Position numbers and translations under genes: made by a program. Below the pieces are notes generated by a model. That model was not told the DNA's origin and searched no databases. It was given only the letters and a program-made list of their open reading frames with translations. Positions 46,369 to 51,419 of a stretch of DNA of 51,419 nucleotides are shown here, piece after piece. This DNA is from a virus. Lineage: Duplodnaviria; Caudoviricetes. Numbering within the stretch: position 1 is the first letter of the stretch; every line of letters starts with the position of its first letter. The stretch is taken from the IMG/VR virus record IMGVR_UViG_3300012943_000010, positions 1 to 51,419 of that record. One strand, given 5' to 3'.

Positions 46369-47288
46369 AGCATCTGATTTTGGGAGCAGGGAACTTAGGT
46401 ATCGACATTAAGAATGAGGTGATCCGACAGAGCGGAGAGAGAAGGAATGTTGACCTTGTGTCCCTCTCCGAAGGGCTCGACGTGAGAGACCTCAACGCGC
46501 TTCGAGCAACGCTAGCCCGAGACGATTACGATGTGATTTGGTATTGCGTCGGACAGGGCTCGGTGCAGCAAGCTAAGGACGATCCGGAGAGCGCGAGACT
46601 GATCTACGGCAATGCTCCGAAGCTGGTGGCTGCGTCGGCGCGAGTGGACGCGAAGGTTATCATCTTCTCGACCGACTACGTTGCAGACGAGAACGATCCA
46701 GGGAACCCGAACGCTGTCACTCAGGAGTTCCTTTCGGAATACGCTTCGATTAGAGCGAAAGCGGAGCAGTATATCCTCCACGCGAACCGACCGAACACAG
46801 CTATCGTTCGAGTCGGCTCTCTCTACGGAACACACAAGCCCGATAAAACCTTTCCAGGTCGGATACTGGCTTCCTTCGGACAGGAGTCGGATACTCGGAT
46901 CAGGCTCCCTCGGAACCTAGTCACACCAACGCCTACGCTGTGGCTTGCGTCTGTCCTGGTCTCTAATTTGGAGAGGATGTTCAATGCAGAGGAGACGGTT
47001 ATTCATCACTGCTCTCCACTCGGCAACGTATCCGTGTGGGACTGGGCGACCTTTGTTTTAAAGGGTATTCGCGAGCCGAGCGCATTCAGTCATGACGAGT
47101 TTTTCGACGAGGAGAGACCAAAGATTTCCGCTCTCGGTTCGACCTTCTTAGAGACGAACTGGAACTGGTTCGAGCTATGGCAGACCTATTTTAAGCCTGA
47201 ATGGTTTACGCTACCTGATCCGCAGCCGAGCGACGAGGCTCCGACAGAGCCCACTGGTGCCGAAGCACTTGCCGATACGAAGGCATAG
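46365..47288 (+). CDS. rmlD: dTDP-4-dehydrorhamnose reductase-like SDR
   Basis: LILGAGNLG, LDVRD, FSTDYV, Y...R..AE, IVR...LYG, TPT; ATGA-coupled to the methyltransferase. Confidence 0.75.
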   Translation: MKHLILGAGNLGIDIKNEVIRQSGERRNVDLVSLSEGLDVRDLNALRATLARDDYDVIWYCVGQGSVQQAKDDPESARLIYGNAPKLVAASARVDAKVIIFSTDYVADENDPGNPNAVTQEFLSEYASIRAKAEQYILHANRPNTAIVRVGSLYGTHKPDKTFPGRILASFGQESDTRIRLPRNLVTPTPTLWLASVLVSNLERMFNAEETVIHHCSPLGNVSVWDWATFVLKGIREPSAFSHDEFFDEERPKISALGSTFLETNWNWFELWQTYFKPEWFTLPDPQPSDEAPTEPTGAEALADTKA

Positions 47289-47868
47289 TCATTGAAAGAG
47301 AGCCGCCCGGATCAGTCTTTCGTCCCGGTGAAACTTCATCGTGACCGAGAACTAGATCGAGACTAAAGACCTCCGGGTTGTTCTCCTTAAGCCACAGAAT
47401 AAGCCTCGTTAAACTCTCCTCCTGCTCCTTCGTGTAAATGTGATAAGCGCCAGCCTTTCGGTTCTCCTCGTCGTACACGATCCGAACCTCCTCCCGAGGT
47501 ATCCTCGACTTCCACCAGGAGGTAAAGTTCCCGGCGCCGTCCGGAGTCACAACCCCTGCGCAATCGACCTCGATACCGACCAGCCGCTTACTGACGTTCC
47601 CTGGCCCGAGGGACGGCCACGAGCTGACGCCGGCATGGGAACCCCAACGGTCTAAGGGGAAGCCCTGGTGGATACCCCCGTCCTTATCTATGAGGAAGTA
47701 GGTAAAGCCGACCTGTCGGGCAAGCTCTAGCTCCGACAGCCCATAGGCTCCAGCCGTATAGTGGACCACGGCTCCTTCCGGATAACCCTTCGGATACCGG
47801 CCCTTAGTCGGGAGCGGCGGATCGACCACCTCCGCGAACGGACACCTAAGCAATTTTTTACTCTCCAT
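47206..47868 (-). CDS. Endolysin, N-acetylmuramoyl-L-alanine amidase (Amidase_2)
   Basis: VVHYTAG, HAG.S.W, GIEV, LGHDEVSPGRKTDPG; AAGGAGG RBS before ATG 47868. Confidence 0.9.
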   Translation of the reverse strand: MESKKLLRCPFAEVVDPPLPTKGRYPKGYPEGAVVHYTAGAYGLSELELARQVGFTYFLIDKDGGIHQGFPLDRWGSHAGVSSWPSLGPGNVSKRLVGIEVDCAGVVTPDGAGNFTSWWKSRIPREEVRIVYDEENRKAGAYHIYTKEQEESLTRLILWLKENNPEVFSLDLVLGHDEVSPGRKTDPGGSLSMTMPSYRQVLRHQWALSEPRRSAADQVA

Positions 47869-48062
47869 TTTCGCATCCTCCTTACTGGATACCTTATCGG
47901 GGGTTGTCGGATACTTACCGGGCCGCGTCATTCCGAGTATAAGCGAAGTGCAAATTATTTTGCATCGCTATCTATGCCGAATAGTGGTAGTGAATGCCGC
48001 CAGATACCATCGAAAATACTCGTAACCATCGTAAATAATTAACGAAACCGAAATTTTAGTTC

Positions 48063-48089
48063 TAAAGAAAAATCCAAAATACCCGATAA
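48063..48089 (+). promoter_or_regulatory. sigma28 (FliA)-type promoter 1
   Basis: TAAAGAAA-N11-CCCGATAA. Confidence 0.7.
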
Positions 48090-48152
48090 GGGTTTTGTAG
48101 GTCGCAGGAGATAGGCTCCCCAGACCACTCCCCCGGCACAAAGGATTTACCC

Positions 48153-48722
48153 ATGAAAAAGTTCCCAACCGTTTCTGCTTTCGAAGTCAACGCTACTGAT
48201 TACTCTGCAAATTTCGACCTTATCGTTGCTGAGATGGTTAAGATGCGCATCGACCACAACATGACCTGGGTCGCTGTCGAAGCTCTCTATAAGGCTTCGA
48301 AATACAACGAGTATCTGGCTTGGCAGAAGCTTTACGTCGCAGCTTCCAAGATCAGTAAGTCGAAAGGTAAGACAGCTCCTAAACCGGAAGCTGGAACCCT
48401 AAGAGCAACTGCTCGCGCTACTACTGATAAAGCCGAAATCGAAGCCGCTGGAAAGAGACCTCTATTCTCGGGTTCCATACCAGCCCGCGAAGCTAAGCTC
48501 CAGGATCAAATTGCTGAGAGCAAGGCTAAGCAGCCTGTCGAAATCGTCGCCCAGGGAGAAGTCGAGGTCGAAGAACTCCCCCTTACTCCTCCTGCTCCGA
48601 TCACTGTCGAAGGGTTCTTCGGAGTCGAGGGAGAGGCCGCAGAACTCCTTCGCAAGATCCTCCTGAAAGATCTGGCTTCGGTGGACTCGATCCTCCTCGC
48701 CGAAATTCAGAAAAAGCTTTAA
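48153..48722 (+). CDS. Hypothetical protein, first gene of the putative early unit
   Basis: AAGGA RBS; followed by a strong hairpin. Confidence 0.75.
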   Translation: MKKFPTVSAFEVNATDYSANFDLIVAEMVKMRIDHNMTWVAVEALYKASKYNEYLAWQKLYVAASKISKSKGKTAPKPEAGTLRATARATTDKAEIEAAGKRPLFSGSIPAREAKLQDQIAESKAKQPVEIVAQGEVEVEELPLTPPAPITVEGFFGVEGEAAELLRKILLKDLASVDSILLAEIQKKL

Positions 48723-48729
48723 GTTCTCC

Positions 48730-48760
48730 AAGCCGAGCCCACGTCGAGGGCTCGGCTTTA
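48730..48760 (+). terminator. Hairpin/terminator
   Basis: AAGCCGAGCCC-N7-GGGCTCGGCTT. Confidence 0.65.
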
Positions 48761-48784
48761 ACCTCCTTCCGAAAGGGAATACCC

Positions 48785-49075
48785 GTGCAAATCCGTTCCG
48801 CATTTAACGCCTCTCTCCACGGCCGCATTCTGGTCTTAATCGACCGCGATGAGCCAGGGAAAATGTCAGTGACCAACGATGCAATGGCTGTCGTGGACTA
48901 CTGTTTCAAGGTTTATCCGAAGCAGTTCGATCGGATAATTTACCGAGACTCGACTGGCATGTTTGATGAACTCAAGTTCTTCGAGGGACGCTTCCAGTCC
49001 TACGCACCGATTAAGATCGGAAGCCGTTGCCGAACTCTCGAAGACGCCCTTAAAGCTGTGGAGGGCTCGGTATGA
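48785..49075 (+). CDS. Hypothetical protein
   Basis: SVTNDA..V...IIYRDS.G.FDEL pattern. Confidence 0.7.
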   Translation: MQIRSAFNASLHGRILVLIDRDEPGKMSVTNDAMAVVDYCFKVYPKQFDRIIYRDSTGMFDELKFFEGRFQSYAPIKIGSRCRTLEDALKAVEGSV

Positions 49076-49404
49076 GAGCCCTAGTTATCAACTCAAAGGA
49101 GAAGAAAGTCGAGGTCGTCGAAATTAGCGAGACCGACTCTCTTTCCGAGATGCAAGCCCTGGTCGGCGGCTATATCCAGGGAGTCCTTAAGATCGGCAAG
49201 CAGGACCAACTGTACGTGGACGAAGAAGGACAGATGAAGTCCCACACGACCGGCTTTTACGTTACAGGCTCTCCCCACCCGGTCTATGTCGGGAACGGAG
49301 TTATCCTCGGTTTTAACCGGAAGGGAGACGAAATCGACTGCACGTTGACAGCCGAGTACGTTCGAAGTCTCGTCGTCTTTTTACAAACCAGGGAGACTCA
49401 CTGA
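49072..49404 (+). CDS. DUF3846-like protein
   Basis: L..MQ.LVGGYI, YVDEEG, GN.VI.G....GD. Confidence 0.8.
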   Translation: MRALVINSKEKKVEVVEISETDSLSEMQALVGGYIQGVLKIGKQDQLYVDEEGQMKSHTTGFYVTGSPHPVYVGNGVILGFNRKGDEIDCTLTAEYVRSLVVFLQTRETH

Positions 49405-49709
49405 TGAACCGAGAATTTTTCCTTAAAAGCCTCTCCGCGATCGTTAAGACTATCGATCCGAAGGAGCTTCCGGAGTTTGTTCGACAGGTCGTTTACGCTC
49501 TGTACGAGGAAGCCGAGCTTGAGAGTATGGACCGATACCGGATCATCCTCGAAGGAGTTAAGCTGGAAGTCGAACGCGAACTCCGTATCCTCTCGGCTCC
49601 TTCCGACGATATCAGTATCGACCTCGGCTCCCAGGTCGGAACTGAGCGTCTGGAAGGGCTCCTTGAGAGCCTGTCCGAGACGATCGACATGGCCACTTAC
49701 GAGGACTAA
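49404..49709 (+). CDS. Hypothetical acidic protein
   Basis: TGATG-coupled, GGGAG RBS. Confidence 0.65.
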   Translation: MNREFFLKSLSAIVKTIDPKELPEFVRQVVYALYEEAELESMDRYRIILEGVKLEVERELRILSAPSDDISIDLGSQVGTERLEGLLESLSETIDMATYED

Positions 49710-49718
49710 GTGGTAATG

Positions 49719-49744
49719 GGCCGGAAGGATTCGGCCTTTTTTTA
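49719..49744 (+). terminator. Rho-independent terminator
   Basis: GGCCGGA-AGGA-TTCGGCC-T7. Confidence 0.75.
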
Positions 49745-49748
49745 TGTC

Positions 49749-49775
49749 TAAAGTTTTGACGAAAAAGCCCGATAA
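49749..49775 (+). promoter_or_regulatory. sigma28 (FliA)-type promoter 2
   Basis: TAAAGTTT-N11-CCCGATAA, immediately after a terminator. Confidence 0.75.
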
Positions 49776-49811
49776 GCATTTTAAGTTCAACGGATCACAC
49801 GGAGTTACACC

Positions 49812-50021
49812 ATGAAAAGCTTTATCTTCCTTACCCGCTCTTTCGACGAGAAAATCGCTGTCCGTAAGTCGTCTATCGAGTCGGTTCGAGTCGTCTCGGA
49901 TCAGGAGACAGAGGTTATTTTTACCTCGGGTAAGCACTTCATCTGCAAGGAACTTGCGTCCGATATACTCGCTCTGCTCGGTGGCTGTGAAGACGTTCCG
50001 GAGGACGGTTCGGTAAGATAA
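49812..50021 (+). CDS. Small hypothetical protein
   Basis: GGAG RBS; FI.LT......I.V....IESV......T.V....G....CKE pattern (FlbD-like small beta domain, tentative). Confidence 0.6.
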   Translation: MKSFIFLTRSFDEKIAVRKSSIESVRVVSDQETEVIFTSGKHFICKELASDILALLGGCEDVPEDGSVR

Positions 50022-50042
50022 GCTTAAGAAAAAGGGGGTTTT

Positions 50043-50513
50043 ATGTTCAGCTTTAGATTGCTCCTGGTCCTCTCAGCTCTCCTCAGTTCCGGCATCGCCG
50101 CCTGCGGTCGAGGAGAGCCCGACATCGATCCGGAGCTGGAGCCTATCCTCCAGGAATACCTCGACCATGCTCCGACCGTTGGGAACCTAAGCTCCCTGGT
50201 CTCCCTTAAGATCGGCATCCCTGACGAGTCCGATCCAACCCACCTCGCGGGGAAGTGCGTTAAGACTCCCTGGGGTTACGGGGAAGTTCGAGTCGGTATC
50301 GACCTAAAGATCACTGTCGCCCCCATCGACGTAGGATCCGCCCAGTTCAAAGCGACAGTCTTTCACGAGCTCGCCCACTGTCTCCACAATTTCGATCACA
50401 ACGAGGAGGATAAGGACGCAATCATGGCTCCCTCGAATACCAGCCCTAAGGGGTTCTGGGAGGTCCACCTCTACGAAAAGCTCCTCCAAATGTTCAGGGA
50501 AGGACGCAAATAA
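50043..50513 (+). CDS. Lipoprotein zinc metalloprotease (matrixin/metzincin-like)
   Basis: Signal peptide with lipobox IAAC; HELAHCLHNFDH and Met-turn AIMAP. Confidence 0.8.
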   Translation: MFSFRLLLVLSALLSSGIAACGRGEPDIDPELEPILQEYLDHAPTVGNLSSLVSLKIGIPDESDPTHLAGKCVKTPWGYGEVRVGIDLKITVAPIDVGSAQFKATVFHELAHCLHNFDHNEEDKDAIMAPSNTSPKGFWEVHLYEKLLQMFREGRK

Positions 50514-50573
50514 AAAGACCGGCTCCCAGGGAAGGGAACCGGCCCGCTACTGCTAAGCTGTCGTTGAACGCTA

Positions 50574-51419
50574 TTAGCCTTTGAAAACCGCCATCAGTCG
50601 AGCCCAAAGCTTCCTGCGCTCCTGGGGGGAGGGCTTAAACTCCTGCTCCTCTCCGGGCTTCACATTGGGCTTAGGATCGTCCTTCTCCCCTTCCAGACCG
50701 TTCTCCCCCTCCTCTCCTGGCTGGAGGGCTCCAGGGAAGTCGCTGGCGGCTGGTATCGGGTTCCCGAACTCGTCGAACTCGACCTCGGGAGCTGGCGGCT
50801 TAATGATCGTGTCTCGTGCCGGCATCCGGATCTTATCGCGGATAGCGTTGAGGTCTTTCAGGTCGGACATATCGACCGCACCCATATTCACTGCTTTTTC
50901 GAGGATATCGATCTCTTTTTGGATCTCGTCCGGAGAGAGTTCCATCTTTCCAAACTTCCCAAGCCCATCCTTTTTCCAGACCGACCTAGGCCAGTTGTAG
51001 GCTAGGAGAGGCTTAATAAGCTCGGTTCTCAAGGTCTCCATAAAGCCCGAGAGCATCCCGTCCAGGATCTTATCGAAGGTCTTAGCGTGCTCCTGTCCGA
51101 GAGCAAACGAACCTGTCCCGTCTCCGTTCGTAAAGATCAGGGAAGGTATCAGGAGAGCCCGGAGCATCGACTTGTTACAGAGGTCGATTGCCGCCATGAA
51201 GTCTCCTGCGTTCGAGGTCTGGGGAACGAAGTCCGTCTCGAATATCTGTCCCTTCTTACCAGGGAGGATAATAGTCGAGTCGTTGTGGACGTTCCTAAAG
51301 GCTCTTGCTGCCGCTTGGTCTGCTCTCTCCCCTATATTCTTACCCTTCGCGTTCGGGACGTTCTGGGCCGGGTTGCCGACGGTTGTGTTCGGATCGGCGT
51401 AGACGATAGTAAGCGGAGT
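50574..51419 (-). CDS. Portal protein, C-terminal part (continuation of 1-975)
   Basis: Open frame from the window end; GSFALGQEH..F, LI.PL..YNW; acidic Pro-rich tail. Confidence 0.9.
   Translation of the reverse strand, partial: TPLTIVYADPNTTVGNPAQNVPNAKGKNIGERADQAAARAFRNVHNDSTIILPGKKGQIFETDFVPQTSNAGDFMAAIDLCNKSMLRALLIPSLIFTNGDGTGSFALGQEHAKTFDKILDGMLSGFMETLRTELIKPLLAYNWPRSVWKKDGLGKFGKMELSPDEIQKEIDILEKAVNMGAVDMSDLKDLNAIRDKIRMPARDTIIKPPAPEVEFDEFGNPIPAASDFPGALQPGEEGENGLEGEKDDPKPNVKPGEEQEFKPSPQERRKLWARLMAVFKG
51297..51419. repeat. Terminal direct repeat, copy 2
   Basis: Identical to 1-123. Confidence 0.97.

Noticed and set aside
47949-47964. Imperfect palindrome TGCAAATTATTTTGCA as a repressor operator
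   Set aside because: Single copy and no cognate repressor recognised; cannot be supported
1-51419. Alternative genetic code, CRISPR array, DGR or introns/inteins
   Set aside because: TAA, TAG and TGA all terminate full-length genes; no spaced repeats, reverse transcriptase or interrupted core genes seen by eye

Overview
This window is an apparently complete, circularly assembled 51,296-bp tailed-phage genome; bases 1-123 are repeated exactly at 51297-51419. It encodes a Mu-like contractile-tail virion on the minus strand (terminase, DUF935 portal spanning the origin, gpF, protease/scaffold, capsid, sheath/tube, tape measure, gp43-gp48 baseplate, RCC1-repeat receptor-binding candidate). I see no transposase, integrase, repressor or DNA polymerase. 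Replication and recombination appear to rely on a lambda-O-like initiator with internal iteron-like repeats, a RecE-like exonuclease with a putative annealing protein, and RusA. Four things stand out. (1) A near-complete nucleotide-sugar and glycan pathway (RmlB/C/D, VioA/VioB-like, three non-DNA glycosyltransferases, a SAM methyltransferase, a PhyH-like oxygenase) is scattered through, and partly translationally coupled to, the packaging and virion genes; this suggests virion or host-surface glycosylation with rhamnose plus N-acyl-viosamine. (2) A DNA-hypermodification-type locus (ParB x2, TAGT-like glycosyltransferase, Ntn amidotransferase-like, aGPT-Pplase/amino-acid:DNA transferase-like, P-loop kinase) has no obvious base hydroxymethylase and shows several atypical catalytic motifs. 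(3) Two sigma28/FliA-type promoters precede the putative early genes. (4) A tRNA-shaped RNA is fused to a terminator/anti-terminator directly upstream of a glycosyltransferase. All family calls are by-eye motif recognition; no searches were run.
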